NCBI GenBank assembly: GCA_963770835.1
Contig: CAVYRH010000003.1
Span: forward strand, 356,504 to 420,503
Source: an uncultured Pseudomonadota bacterium
GTDB taxonomy: Bacteria; Oederibacteriota; Muellerivitia; Muellerivitales; Muellerivitaceae
DNA: 64,000 nucleotides
Reading direction: 5' to 3'
Part shown: positions 28,921 to 38,541 of the stretch, piece after piece
Layout: every line of letters starts with the position of its first letter
Numbering within the stretch: the first letter of the stretch is position 1
The notes under the pieces: generated by a model
The model's input: only the letters and a program-made list of their open reading frames with translations
Told to the model about the DNA's origin: nothing
Database searches by the model: none
Made by a program: the position numbers and the translations under genes

Positions 28921-31182
28921 GTGGAAATTTCCAAAGCTTGGCGGCATGCGGCGGTATTGGTTGTCATTATTGGATTTTCAGTTTTGATGTTCATGGGGAA
29001 AAAAGTTTACGAAAACGCTCCTCCTATACCCGCCAAGGTGGTTGAGGCTTCTGGAAAAGTCCTTTTCACCGGAGAGGATATCTTGACAGGCCAAGCCGTT
29101 TTCCAGCAATACGGCCTTATGGATTACGGTTCTATCTTTGGTCATGGTGCCTATCGTGGGCCCGATTTTACGGACGACTACATGCACCGCTCGGCCTGGA
29201 TTCAGCGCGACGAGAAGGCCGAAGAGGAATTCAAACAGCCTTATGGAAATCTTTCGGAAAGTGAAAAAGCGAAAATCGGTCAGATGGTGATTTCGGACGC
29301 GAAAACCAACCGATACGATGAAAACACACAGACTTTAACCCTTACTCAAGAACAGGCTCAAGCATGGCCTCCCCTGGTTACCCATTACGTTGATGTTTTC
29401 ATGAACAGTGGGGAAGACCACAGCCTTCCAAAAAATTACATCAAAACCACGGATGAAGTCCAAAAACTCACCGATTTCTTCGCCTGGACCGCTTGGACGG
29501 CATCGACCCAAAGACCCGGAAAAAATTACAGTTACACCAACAATTGGCCGCCTGAGGATGCTGTCGGGAACCGGCCTACCAGAGCCGTATTCCTTTGGAG
29601 TGTCCTTTCATTGATCTCTTTGTTGGGGGGATGCGCTTTGGTCCTGTTGTTTTTTGGCCGTTTCGATTACTTAGGGTGGGGTGGGGATGAGCCCGCGATA
29701 AAGAAAAGCATTCCGTTAAAAGATTTCAAAATCACTCCCAGCCAGGTGGCGACTTATAAATATTTCCTCATTGTGGCGTTGCTTTTTTCTTTCCAAACCC
29801 TCATGGGTGTGTTCACGGCTCACTATTTCGTAGAAGCCACGGGATTTTATGGATTAGATATCCGGGATATCCTGCCCACCACTATCACCCGCACCTGGCA
29901 TTTACAGCTTTCCATATTTTGGATCGCCACTGCTTGGCTGGCGGCTGGATTATTCATCGCTCCCTTCATTGGCCAAAGAGAACCTAAATACCAAGCCTTC
30001 TGGGTGAACGTCCTCTTTGGCGCGGTGGTATTGGTGGCGGTTGGTTCCATCGTTGGTGAATATTTGGGCATCAAGGCCAAGCTTGGACAGTATTGGTTCT
30101 GGTTCGGGCATCAAGGTTGGGAATATTTGGAACTGGGTCGCTTCTGGCAAATCCTTTTGACCGCTGGCATGGGTATTTGGGCAGTGTTGGTGCTTCGAAC
30201 GGTTTGGGGAAGGCTTAAGGGGCAGGATTGGGGCAGTTTGCCTTACCTTCTCGTTTACGGCATCCTGGCTATTCCCTTGATGTTCTCGGCGGGTTTGCTT
30301 TACACCCCGAGAACTAATTTCGCTATCGCCGATTTTTGGCGTTGGTGGGTGGTTCATTTGTGGGTGGAAAATTTCTTTGAACTATTCACTACCATCGTAG
30401 TGGCGTACTTCTTCGTTATCCTTGGTTTAGTGACAACCAAAACCGCTGTCCGGGTGGTTTACTTGGATATAATCCTTTATTTGGGATCGGGACTCATCGG
30501 TACGGGCCATCATTATTACTGGACTGCCCAACCAGCCATCAATCTGGCCTTGGGAGCCTTCTTCTCGGCCATGGAAGTGGTTCCTTTATTGCTCTTGACC
30601 CTTGAGGCTTATGACTTCGCCAAGCTCAGGAGAGGGGAGGCAGGCACGAAGGAATCGGACGGATTTTTCGCCCATTACTGGGCGATTATGTTCCTGATTG
30701 CGGTCGGCTTTTGGAACTTCGTAGGAGCCGGAATATTTGGTTTCCTTATCAACCTGCCTATTGTCAGCTACTACGAACACGCCACCTACTTAACGCCAAA
30801 TCACGCCCATGCGGCCTTGATGGGGGTTTACGGCAACCTGGCCATCGCTGCCTTAGTGTTCGTCCTGCGGTTCCTGGTCAAGCCTGAGCACTGGTCCAAC
30901 CGTTTATTAAAAATCTCCTTTTGGTCCCTGCAAATCGGCCTGATGATGATGCTATTACTGGATATTTTCCCGGTGGGGATTTTGGAGATGGTCCAGAGTT
31001 ACACGCGAGGCTACTGGTTTGCCCGAAGCGTGGATTTCTGGAGCCAACCCATCGTCCAAAAACTTACTTGGGCCAGGATGGCAGGCGACCTAACTTTCGT
31101 CGTTGGCGGAGTTTTGCCTCTTCTCTACTTCACGGTTAGATCGATGTTTTATTTGAGAAAACCGGACGCCAATCCGGAATGA
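28921..31182 (+). CDS. norB: Quinol-dependent nitric oxide reductase (qNor)
   Basis: GSI.GHGAY.GPD, YTNNWP, RTWHLQL, WWVVHLWVE..FE, GTGHH, HAHAA. Confidence 0.95.
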   Translation: MEISKAWRHAAVLVVIIGFSVLMFMGKKVYENAPPIPAKVVEASGKVLFTGEDILTGQAVFQQYGLMDYGSIFGHGAYRGPDFTDDYMHRSAWIQRDEKAEEEFKQPYGNLSESEKAKIGQMVISDAKTNRYDENTQTLTLTQEQAQAWPPLVTHYVDVFMNSGEDHSLPKNYIKTTDEVQKLTDFFAWTAWTASTQRPGKNYSYTNNWPPEDAVGNRPTRAVFLWSVLSLISLLGGCALVLLFFGRFDYLGWGGDEPAIKKSIPLKDFKITPSQVATYKYFLIVALLFSFQTLMGVFTAHYFVEATGFYGLDIRDILPTTITRTWHLQLSIFWIATAWLAAGLFIAPFIGQREPKYQAFWVNVLFGAVVLVAVGSIVGEYLGIKAKLGQYWFWFGHQGWEYLELGRFWQILLTAGMGIWAVLVLRTVWGRLKGQDWGSLPYLLVYGILAIPLMFSAGLLYTPRTNFAIADFWRWWVVHLWVENFFELFTTIVVAYFFVILGLVTTKTAVRVVYLDIILYLGSGLIGTGHHYYWTAQPAINLALGAFFSAMEVVPLLLLTLEAYDFAKLRRGEAGTKESDGFFAHYWAIMFLIAVGFWNFVGAGIFGFLINLPIVSYYEHATYLTPNHAHAALMGVYGNLAIAALVFVLRFLVKPEHWSNRLLKISFWSLQIGLMMMLLLDIFPVGILEMVQSYTRGYWFARSVDFWSQPIVQKLTWARMAGDLTFVVGGVLPLLYFTVRSMFYLRKPDANPE

Positions 31183-31216
31183 CGAAGAAACGTTAGGGGA
31201 AAAAGGGTCCTGAATC

Positions 31217-31702
31217 TTGAAACGTGAAAAATTTCTTTGGCCGTTGACCCAAGGACACCATGGGGCGCTGGTGGCGGCCCGGAATATCCGAGACCGCCTT
31301 TCCAAGCTGAACGAAGGTGAAAAAAATACCCTAGTTGTCTTGAGCCAAGAAATCTCGGGCCTTTTTGCTAGAGATTTAGAACCGCATTTTCGCGGGGAAG
31401 AGGAAGAACTCCTAAAGGTTTTTGAAAATCATGTAGGATCGGATGATTCGGACATTAAAAAAATATTGCAAGACCATCAAACCATCCGAGCCTTATCAAC
31501 GTCAGTGACCCAAAAAGATCTTCAACTCTTTGCCGATACTCTTACCGCCCATATCCGTTTTGAGGAGGATGTTTTTTTCCCCAGAGTGGAAAAAACCCTG
31601 ACTGAGGAAGAAAAAGACCGTGAGACGAAAAAGTTACTTCCTTACAAACCTGCCGAGACTCATGTCCCCCACCGCTTGACCGAAAAACCAACCGATAAAT
31701 AA
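31217..31702 (+). CDS. Hemerythrin-domain protein
   Basis: HH, HF..EE, H, HIRFEE..FP. Confidence 0.85.
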   Translation: MKREKFLWPLTQGHHGALVAARNIRDRLSKLNEGEKNTLVVLSQEISGLFARDLEPHFRGEEEELLKVFENHVGSDDSDIKKILQDHQTIRALSTSVTQKDLQLFADTLTAHIRFEEDVFFPRVEKTLTEEEKDRETKKLLPYKPAETHVPHRLTEKPTDK

Positions 31703-31719
31703 ATTGGAGTCTTCCCATT

Positions 31720-32388
31720 TTATTTTTTTAAAAAAACTTCCAAACCTTTAACATTGGTTAGGCTTGCGTTTCGTTGTTTATCAATCGAAATGAACCCTCC
31801 CTTTTCAAGCTTGGCTAAAGCCCTTGAAACGACTTCCCGAACCGACCCCAGCCGCGCGGCAATGACGGAAATGGGCGGCAATTTTAGTTTTTTTAATTTT
31901 TTATCCCTGAATTCCTGCAACAAAAAGGCTGCTAAACGTTGATCGACTTCCTTTAGGGAAAGGGATTCAACAAGGGCCGCTGTTTTACGAAGACGGGAAG
32001 CCATCAGCTTCAAGGCGGAAAGGGCGATAGCGGGGTGTCTCAAGCAAAGCCTTTTGACATCCTCCCTGGAGATGAAAAGCACTTCGCTTTCTTCCTCGGC
32101 ACGGACTGAAGAGGGATAAGGTTCATCATCAAAGGTAGGTACTTCGGCGATGGTGGTTCCGGCCTTTTCCAAGTGGATGATTTGCTCCCGCCCTTCAGTG
32201 TTATCCCGATAGGCCCTTAAGGAACCCTTGGCGATGACATAAAGGCCTCTGGCCTTATCCCCGGATATGAAGAGAACCTCCCCTTTTTTCAGCCTCTTTT
32301 CCACACAAACACCAGCAATAACGCCCAGTTCATCCGGCCCGAGAGAGCCAAACATTTCCGTTTTTTTCAAGGAAGCAATCTTATCCAT
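31720..32388 (-). CDS. Crp/Fnr-family transcriptional regulator
   Basis: cNMP-binding domain; HTH LGSVREVVSRAL. Confidence 0.92.
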   Translation of the reverse strand: MDKIASLKKTEMFGSLGPDELGVIAGVCVEKRLKKGEVLFISGDKARGLYVIAKGSLRAYRDNTEGREQIIHLEKAGTTIAEVPTFDDEPYPSSVRAEEESEVLFISREDVKRLCLRHPAIALSALKLMASRLRKTAALVESLSLKEVDQRLAAFLLQEFRDKKLKKLKLPPISVIAARLGSVREVVSRALAKLEKGGFISIDKQRNASLTNVKGLEVFLKK

Positions 32389-32437
32389 TTGCCCATCATA
32401 TCGTTGGAGAAGGGTTTCCTCAAGAATAGGGTCTTTT

Positions 32438-32453
32438 AGTGACTTGAGTCACG
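32438..32453. promoter_or_regulatory. Crp/Fnr-family binding site
   Basis: GTGA-cttgag-TCAC between regulator and ric. Confidence 0.7.
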
Positions 32454-32512
32454 GCGTCAAGAACCCTTGGGGCTTAAATTGAAACCGTAAGAAGGACACA
32501 AGGAGATTCAAA

Positions 32513-33259
32513 ATGAAAACAGAAACCAAAAAATTCGAGGCCGACAAAACGGTGGGGGATATCGCTTCCGAATTTCCGAGGACTATACCACTTTTTGAGG
32601 GTTTGAAAATCGATTACTGCTGTGGGGGAGCCCGGTCATTGAGGGAGGCCTGTTCGTTAGTGGGCGTTCCGGTAGAGAAGGTTGTTTCGGATTTAGAGAG
32701 GCTTGAGGCCGAATCGAATCAGGAGGAGGTATTACCCGATTGGAAGACCCAAACTATGGCCGAATTGATCGACCATATCCTGGGAAAGCATCATGCTTTT
32801 ACACGAACCCAACTAAGCCGCCTAAAGGCTCTTTCGCAAAAGGTCGAGGGAGTTCATGGCGGCAACCATTCCGAACTTTGCCGATTGGAGGAGATCATCA
32901 ATGAAATGTCCGAGGAGATGGAAGGACACATGGCGAAGGAAGAAGAGCAAGTTTTCCCCTATCTGAAGGCCCTGGAAGAGGCAAACGGCAAAAAAGAAGG
33001 TATTCCCAATCCTTTCGAAGGGGGGCCTTTGGAGAATCATCCTTTAAAAATCCTGATGTGGGAACACGGCATGACGGGAGAGGAATGGATTGAGATCCAT
33101 AAGATCACAAACGATCTCACCGCTCCTGCCGACGCCTGCCGGTCTTACAAAGCACTTTACTTAGGATTGAAGGATTTGGAGGACGATTTGCATCAACACG
33201 TCCACAAGGAAAACAATGTTCTTTTCCAGAAGTCCATTCATAACGGCTGGTTGGATTGA
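32513..33259 (+). CDS. ric: Iron-sulfur cluster repair di-iron protein (Ric/YtfE/ScdA)
   Basis: IDYCCGG, HH, HM.KEE..FP, HVH.ENN.LF. Confidence 0.93.
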   Translation: MKTETKKFEADKTVGDIASEFPRTIPLFEGLKIDYCCGGARSLREACSLVGVPVEKVVSDLERLEAESNQEEVLPDWKTQTMAELIDHILGKHHAFTRTQLSRLKALSQKVEGVHGGNHSELCRLEEIINEMSEEMEGHMAKEEEQVFPYLKALEEANGKKEGIPNPFEGGPLENHPLKILMWEHGMTGEEWIEIHKITNDLTAPADACRSYKALYLGLKDLEDDLHQHVHKENNVLFQKSIHNGWLD

Positions 33260-33309
33260 AATTTTGAAGATAAACGAGAATACTGAAAAACTAAATCAAG
33301 GAGGAAGAC

Positions 33310-33768
33310 ATGAAACGTGAAAAATTCCTGTGGCCTATAACCCATGCCCACCATTTCGGATTGATGACGGCCAAAACGCTTCAAAGGATGTTGGAAAAAA
33401 AACCTTCGAAGAAGGAACTGGAGGAATTGAAGCGAAAAGCTGAAAGATTCTTCAAGTCGGACTTGGAAGCGCATATCGGTGTGGAAGAGAAGATGTTAGA
33501 TCAACTCGCTTTCCATAAGGGTTCTGATGATCCATTATTGGCCCGGTCCCGGCGGGAGCATAAGGAGTTAAACCAACTGTTAAAAACGAGAAATTTGAAA
33601 TCGTTAAAATTGTTCGCTGAAAAACTCATCCAACACATTTATTTCGAGGAAGATAAGTTGTTCAAGGAAATCGAGGACCAATTCACACAGGCAGAAAAAG
33701 AGTGGGTGGAGACTGAAATTCAATTCAACATCCATGATTGGCCCAAAATTCCCGCGTTTAAAAATTAA
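33310..33768 (+). CDS. Hemerythrin-domain protein (paralog of 31217)
   Basis: Shared MKREKFLWP.T..HH N-terminus; HI.FEE. Confidence 0.8.
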   Translation: MKREKFLWPITHAHHFGLMTAKTLQRMLEKKPSKKELEELKRKAERFFKSDLEAHIGVEEKMLDQLAFHKGSDDPLLARSRREHKELNQLLKTRNLKSLKLFAEKLIQHIYFEEDKLFKEIEDQFTQAEKEWVETEIQFNIHDWPKIPAFKN

Positions 33769-33778
33769 GGAAGGCATC

Positions 33779-34126
33779 ATGCAACCGGAAATCCCGCCTA
33801 AAACAAAAGGCCTTCCAGGCGCTGAAGTCGCGAAGGCCGCCGAGTTAGTGAACTACCAGGAAGGTTCCGTTGTCAGCCGGGAAATTGTCAAGAAAACGAC
33901 TGGAACCGTAACGATTTTTGCATTCGATGAGGGACAAGGGTTGAGTGAACACACAGCCCCATTCGACGCGCTCGTACAGGCATTGGAAGGCGAGGTGGAA
34001 ATAAGCATTGCGGGCAAGCCTTATCACCTGCATTCCGGCGAGATAATTCTGATGCCAGCGAAACAGCCGCACGCCCTTAAGGCGTTGAAGCGGTTCAAAA
34101 TGATTCTCACAATGATTCGGTCTTAA
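33779..34126 (+). CDS. Cupin-domain protein
   Basis: FAFD.GQ.LSEHTAP.DA, MPA..PHAL. Confidence 0.88.
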   Translation: MQPEIPPKTKGLPGAEVAKAAELVNYQEGSVVSREIVKKTTGTVTIFAFDEGQGLSEHTAPFDALVQALEGEVEISIAGKPYHLHSGEIILMPAKQPHALKALKRFKMILTMIRS

Positions 34127-34150
34127 GCCTTAACCAAGAAAGGTAGGGTC

Positions 34151-34816
34151 ATGCGTCAAATACTCATTGTTCATGGTTCTATGGATGAGCGCTTTGAAGT
34201 GTTTTTCTCCAAGGTATTCCGTGCGGTGGCGGTTAAAACGGTTTGGGTAACCTATAAGGACCTCGTGGGAGGGCCTGCCTCAAAGGATAGAATCCAAAGG
34301 GAAATTCTAGAGTCGGACGCCTTGTTTTTCGTCCTCAGTAAGGATGAGGAAGTTTCCTCGCAAGCCAAGAACTGGTTCCCTTGGGCTACCACCCTTGCTA
34401 AAGAGAAAGATATTTGGGTTTTTGAGCATTGCGAGGATTTGAAACGCGTCCCTGTTTTGATCCCCAACCTTGGGCATTATGTAGCTTATTACATTACCAA
34501 TGCCTGGTGCGATTACGTCACGAAGTTTGCCGAAACTTACGAAAAACCAAAAGCTGCTGGGCCCGTCTTGCCCGAGGCCTTATTAAAACCGCTGACTCCG
34601 ACAGAAGAAGGATCATTCTTTGATCCCTCCACGGGGTTCGCTTTTTTCGACGATTCAACAGCCAGGCCTATTGGATTAAAGGCCGTCTGTCCGGCCTGCT
34701 CCGGAGTTTACAGTCTGCATATTCCTTCCGAAATGAAGGCCATCCGGTGCCCTTCTTGCGGTCATCTTTATGGTATCCAGCAATCCCCTAAAGCATCTAT
34801 ACCGGCCAAAGCGTGA
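34151..34816 (+). CDS. Hypothetical protein with C-terminal zinc ribbon
   Basis: CPAC...CPSC. Confidence 0.6.
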   Translation: MRQILIVHGSMDERFEVFFSKVFRAVAVKTVWVTYKDLVGGPASKDRIQREILESDALFFVLSKDEEVSSQAKNWFPWATTLAKEKDIWVFEHCEDLKRVPVLIPNLGHYVAYYITNAWCDYVTKFAETYEKPKAAGPVLPEALLKPLTPTEEGSFFDPSTGFAFFDDSTARPIGLKAVCPACSGVYSLHIPSEMKAIRCPSCGHLYGIQQSPKASIPAKA

Positions 34817-34881
34817 CGGGCCAAATAAAGTTACCCGCTGGACGAATTTTGAATGGAATCAATCAAGTAGGGAATTCGGAC

Positions 34882-35232
34882 ATGATTCAAATCAAACGGA
34901 TTTATTTGAAGCCTCAAATCAAAGATGGAAAACGCTATTTAGTGGACCGGCTTTGGCCCAGGGGAATAAAAAAGAAAAAAGCTGGATTGTCGGGTTGGAC
35001 CAGGGACGTCACTCCTAGCGCAAGGTTAAGGAAATGGTTCAATCATGATCCTAAGAAATGGAAGGAATTCCAAAAAAGGTATGGCCGGGAACTGGCTGCC
35101 CAGCGGGAGGCGCTCAAACCCCTTTTCGAGGCTGCCAAGAGAGGCACATTGACACTTTTATTTGCCGCCAAGGATGCCGATCACAACAACGCTGTGGTCC
35201 TTCAAAAATATTTAAAGTCAAATCAGGCTTAA
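34882..35232 (+). CDS. DUF488 (YeaO-like) protein
   Basis: IKRIY, LVDRLWPRG, PS..LRKWF.HDP, HNNA.VL. Confidence 0.9.
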   Translation: MIQIKRIYLKPQIKDGKRYLVDRLWPRGIKKKKAGLSGWTRDVTPSARLRKWFNHDPKKWKEFQKRYGRELAAQREALKPLFEAAKRGTLTLLFAAKDADHNNAVVLQKYLKSNQA

Positions 35233-36299
35233 TTTGAACGTTTGCCCCGGTACACGGCAATCGCGGTATTGAGGATAAACAGTAAAAGAGCCAAGGCGTT
35301 TAGCAACGCACCCCATCGGCGCCAAGGGGTGGATTCAAATGCGTCACCACCTACCCTTGCCACGAGGGAAATCTGTAAAAGTAGCCAGTGGGCATAAAAG
35401 AACGAATGGAAAGGAACTGGTGTTCTCAAGACACGGGGCAATAGAAGAGGGGCATGGCTGAAGACCATGGAAAATACCAACCCCAGGAAAATGCAATGCA
35501 GGAAGGCGTCGTAAGCGAAACCCGAATCCACCGGGGCGGTTATAAACCCGACTAATCCACCTACAAGAAGCCAGGCATAGGCCGAGATCAGGCAAGCCTT
35601 GGTGAAGCCTTTCCAACCTTCTGTTTTTTCGCTGTTCCACCCTCTGTCGAAAACCAATAAACACGTGGCCAGAAGAAGGAACCCCGCCGCAACCATTCGG
35701 ACCCCTAGGGGTGGCTGAAAGGGTTGCAAGCCCACACCGGCCATCAGTAAACCAGAGGCCGTCATAAGGGCCAGTGTCCGACCAATCGTTGATTTCCAAT
35801 GGACGGCTTCCAATCTTTCAGAAGCGATGGTCAGGACAAATAGAATTTGCCAACCGTTCATCACGTGGGGAATAGGTTCCCCATGCCACCAAAAGAAATT
35901 GGCCCAAGCCCATCCACATCCACCCGCTAGCGCCAAGGCGGCGGCATAAGCCGGTTGTTTCCAGAAAAAAGCGATAGAAACCAAAAGATAACCCAGGCTG
36001 GCGGCGAGGAACAAAAGGGCTCCCCAGTTTTCCGGGCCACCTAAAAGAAGGGTCCAGGCACCTAGAGCGGTCGCCAGAGGGACTAACAGACCAACTTTGG
36101 ATTTAAGAACGCTTGCCCGCGCAAGTCCGATGATCGTCCCAAAGAATCCGCTCACCATTAAGGGGCCATGAAAAGAGATCCAATTGGCCTCGGGTATTGG
36201 GAGATGCCATTGCAACCGCAACAGCCCGCCCCAAACGGCGAGAAAAAGGGTTATTAAGGCCGAGACGGCGAGGGGAATTCGCTTGGAAATTTGACCCAT
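35229..36299 (-). CDS. NnrS-like multi-TM membrane protein
   Basis: HGPLMV.GF.GT.I, YDA.LH..FLG.VFSMVF.HAP; nor context. Confidence 0.65.
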   Translation of the reverse strand: MGQISKRIPLAVSALITLFLAVWGGLLRLQWHLPIPEANWISFHGPLMVSGFFGTIIGLARASVLKSKVGLLVPLATALGAWTLLLGGPENWGALLFLAASLGYLLVSIAFFWKQPAYAAALALAGGCGWAWANFFWWHGEPIPHVMNGWQILFVLTIASERLEAVHWKSTIGRTLALMTASGLLMAGVGLQPFQPPLGVRMVAAGFLLLATCLLVFDRGWNSEKTEGWKGFTKACLISAYAWLLVGGLVGFITAPVDSGFAYDAFLHCIFLGLVFSMVFSHAPLLLPRVLRTPVPFHSFFYAHWLLLQISLVARVGGDAFESTPWRRWGALLNALALLLFILNTAIAVYRGKRSN

Positions 36300-36352
36300 T
36301 TAAACTCCTAAACTTTTGTAGTTTTAGAATGCTTCAATTAGCGATTTATCGA

Positions 36353-36368
36353 TGTGACTTATCTCACG
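36353..36368. promoter_or_regulatory. Crp/Fnr-family binding site
   Basis: TGTGA-cttatc-TCACg upstream of 36299 (minus strand gene). Confidence 0.6.
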
Positions 36369-36602
36369 CTTTGTCAAAATTTCGCGAAGGAGGAAATGGC
36401 TTATTTTAGAGTCAGATAATAATTAAAAAGATCATTAGGCTTTCTTTGGCTCAAAATCTGGTGACCCTTCCTATGTCATTTGGTGTCATATACGTGTCAT
36501 TCGAATTCGGTTTTTACCGGAGGGACTACCAATTTAATCATGAAGTCCGTTCAGTGGGGTCCGGGCCTTGGATCGGCCCGGCGGCTTTCGCCTTGTGAAA
36601 AA

Positions 36603-36639
36603 CCTGCACATGGCCCTCCCAAAAAGGATGGTGTGCAAC
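36603..36639 (+). repeat. 37-bp array repeat R4 (variant B)
   Basis: Identical to R3. Confidence 0.95.
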
Positions 36640-36852
36640 TAATTCCCCGGGAATTCGGCTTTGAAGCTTTCCATTGGAACCTGAAAGACGTCAGGGATTT
36701 GATCCTGAAAAAATGGGGGATCCATTTCCATCAAGGGAGCATTGGCTGGCAATTCAGGAAAAGGGGTTGCAAGCTTGTCCCGATTGGTCCGGGTGAACCT
36801 CCCAACACCTCAAACTCCCGTTACTGGTTCCAAAAATGGGTCGGACCAAAGG
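36640..36852 (+). pseudogene. Internal fragment of IS630-type winged-HTH protein
   Basis: PREFGF...HWNLKDVRDLILKKWGIHF....I...FRKRG; bounded by R4 and R5. Confidence 0.55.
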
Positions 36853-36889
36853 CCTGCACATGCCTGTCGCAAAAAGGATAGTGTGCAAC
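36853..36889 (+). repeat. 37-bp array repeat R5 (variant A)
   Basis: Identical to R1. Confidence 0.97.
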
Positions 36890-36934
36890 TGAGTTTGTCG
36901 GCCCGAAGGCAAGGAACTGTGGAATGCTCTGGTC

Positions 36935-37369
36935 ATGGGAAAATATTGGTCAGGCGCACATACCAGACACCGACTGCAATATCACCTCGTTTGGATACCC
37001 AAGTATCGGAAACGAGTCTTGCTTGGCAAAGTTGCCGTCCGCCTGCAAGAGCTGTTTAGAGAGGCGGCCCACGTCAACCGTTGGGTAATCCACGAATTGA
37101 ATATTCAGCGAGACCACGTGCATATGCTGATCCAGGTTGAGCCAAAGGTGAGTGTGGCTAAAGTGGTGCAGGTGCTAAAAGGCGGTACAAGCACCAAGAT
37201 CAGGCGTGAGTACCCTGAACTTGAGGAGTTTCTCTGGGGGGATAGTTTTTGGGCGGACGGCTACTTTGCGGAAAGTATAGGCACTGTGCAGGAGGAGATG
37301 ATCCGCAAATATATCCGCGAGCAACAGCATGACCAGAGTATGCCGAAAGGTAGAAACCCCGGGCTTTAG
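36935..37369 (+). CDS. tnpA: IS200/IS605-family HUH (Y1) transposase
   Basis: YHLVWIPKYRK, DHVH, LKG.TS, FWADGYF, YI..Q; hairpin CCCCGGGCT-TT-AGCCCGGGG at 37357-37376. Confidence 0.95.
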   Translation: MGKYWSGAHTRHRLQYHLVWIPKYRKRVLLGKVAVRLQELFREAAHVNRWVIHELNIQRDHVHMLIQVEPKVSVAKVVQVLKGGTSTKIRREYPELEEFLWGDSFWADGYFAESIGTVQEEMIRKYIREQQHDQSMPKGRNPGL

Positions 37370-37471
37370 CCCGGGGAGATTCATTAGCAAATAAACTAAC
37401 TTTCTTGAATCGAACCTTTTTGGGGGATAATTACCAAACAAGTTTCTTGTCCAATAATTTTGGGAGTGAAA

Positions 37472-37753
37472 ATGGCCGATAAGAAAAGAATTATTGTGAA
37501 TGTTTTTTTTGTGCTGATAGTACTATTGGCGGGAATTGCAGCTCTCTTTTTATTTTTTTTAATGCCGGTAATACATTCTAAGTTTGCAATTTTCCATGAA
37601 TATGGATTTTTGTGGCCTCTTTTTTACATTCTTTTTATTGTTTTATACTTTTTTGTTTTTTTTAAGTTGATCATTTGGTTATTAATCAAGTTTGTATATA
37701 TGAAAATTATTGCTTGGATTGACAGAACAGACCCCCAAAGAAAAATCCCTTGA
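37472..37753 (+). CDS. Small hypothetical membrane protein
   Basis: Two TM segments, AT-rich. Confidence 0.55.
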   Translation: MADKKRIIVNVFFVLIVLLAGIAALFLFFLMPVIHSKFAIFHEYGFLWPLFYILFIVLYFFVFFKLIIWLLIKFVYMKIIAWIDRTDPQRKIP

Positions 37754-37792
37754 GGGTTCGAGGTTCAAAAACGCTTTTCCAGAGGAAGTTAA

Positions 37793-38530
37793 TTGAATAA
37801 CACTTTTAAAATACTGGGATTCTTTTTTCTTTCTACGGCCCTGTTCTTTATTCAGAACCCAAGCCAGGATTTTGGAAATATCGGGTCGGTTGTCTCTGCC
37901 ATTCTGGCGATTGTTTTCCTTATAGGTGGTTTCAAATATCCGGGTGCCCTTAAAAAAATCTCGATTTTCCTCCTGCTTGTTTTTTTGGGAGCGTGCATCC
38001 CCGTTTTTCTTTTTCCGGTTGTGGAAATACTGACGGGATTCCAGGTGTATAGCCAGTTGGTATCTAATAATTGGAAGCTTATAAGTGCGATTTTAGGCGC
38101 CTTATTTTCCCCTTCCTTTTGGTATTTGTTTCGTCGAATCAACCCGGACTGGAAAAGGTTGGCTGGCGGCATCCTTATATGGACGATTCTTTCGGGAATT
38201 ATCCATTTTCTTTTTTTAGACCAGAGTTCGTACGCCTACCGGCGCATGGACGGTGGACTTAGGTTGAAGGGGAATGTTTACTACCGTACAAAACATTTTA
38301 ATGATATCGACATCCTAGCCAACTCGGGGACACTTATTAAGGTCGTGGAGGTTCCTGGAAACATCTTAAGCCAGGTTTGGAAATATGACCCAACCAGAGT
38401 CTTGATCCCGCAAGGAAAAGCGGTTCAGGTCGATTTTGATGTCCTTAATACAAATCGGACAAATCTGATGGTGTTTAGGGGATCAAACTCCATCCAAGTA
38501 ATGGAGGGTAAAACCAATATCGGCAAGTAA
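37793..38530 (+). CDS. Hypothetical membrane protein
   Basis: Several TM segments plus soluble C-terminus. Confidence 0.6.
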   Translation: MNNTFKILGFFFLSTALFFIQNPSQDFGNIGSVVSAILAIVFLIGGFKYPGALKKISIFLLLVFLGACIPVFLFPVVEILTGFQVYSQLVSNNWKLISAILGALFSPSFWYLFRRINPDWKRLAGGILIWTILSGIIHFLFLDQSSYAYRRMDGGLRLKGNVYYRTKHFNDIDILANSGTLIKVVEVPGNILSQVWKYDPTRVLIPQGKAVQVDFDVLNTNRTNLMVFRGSNSIQVMEGKTNIGK

Positions 38531-38541
38531 AAGTCCGATGG

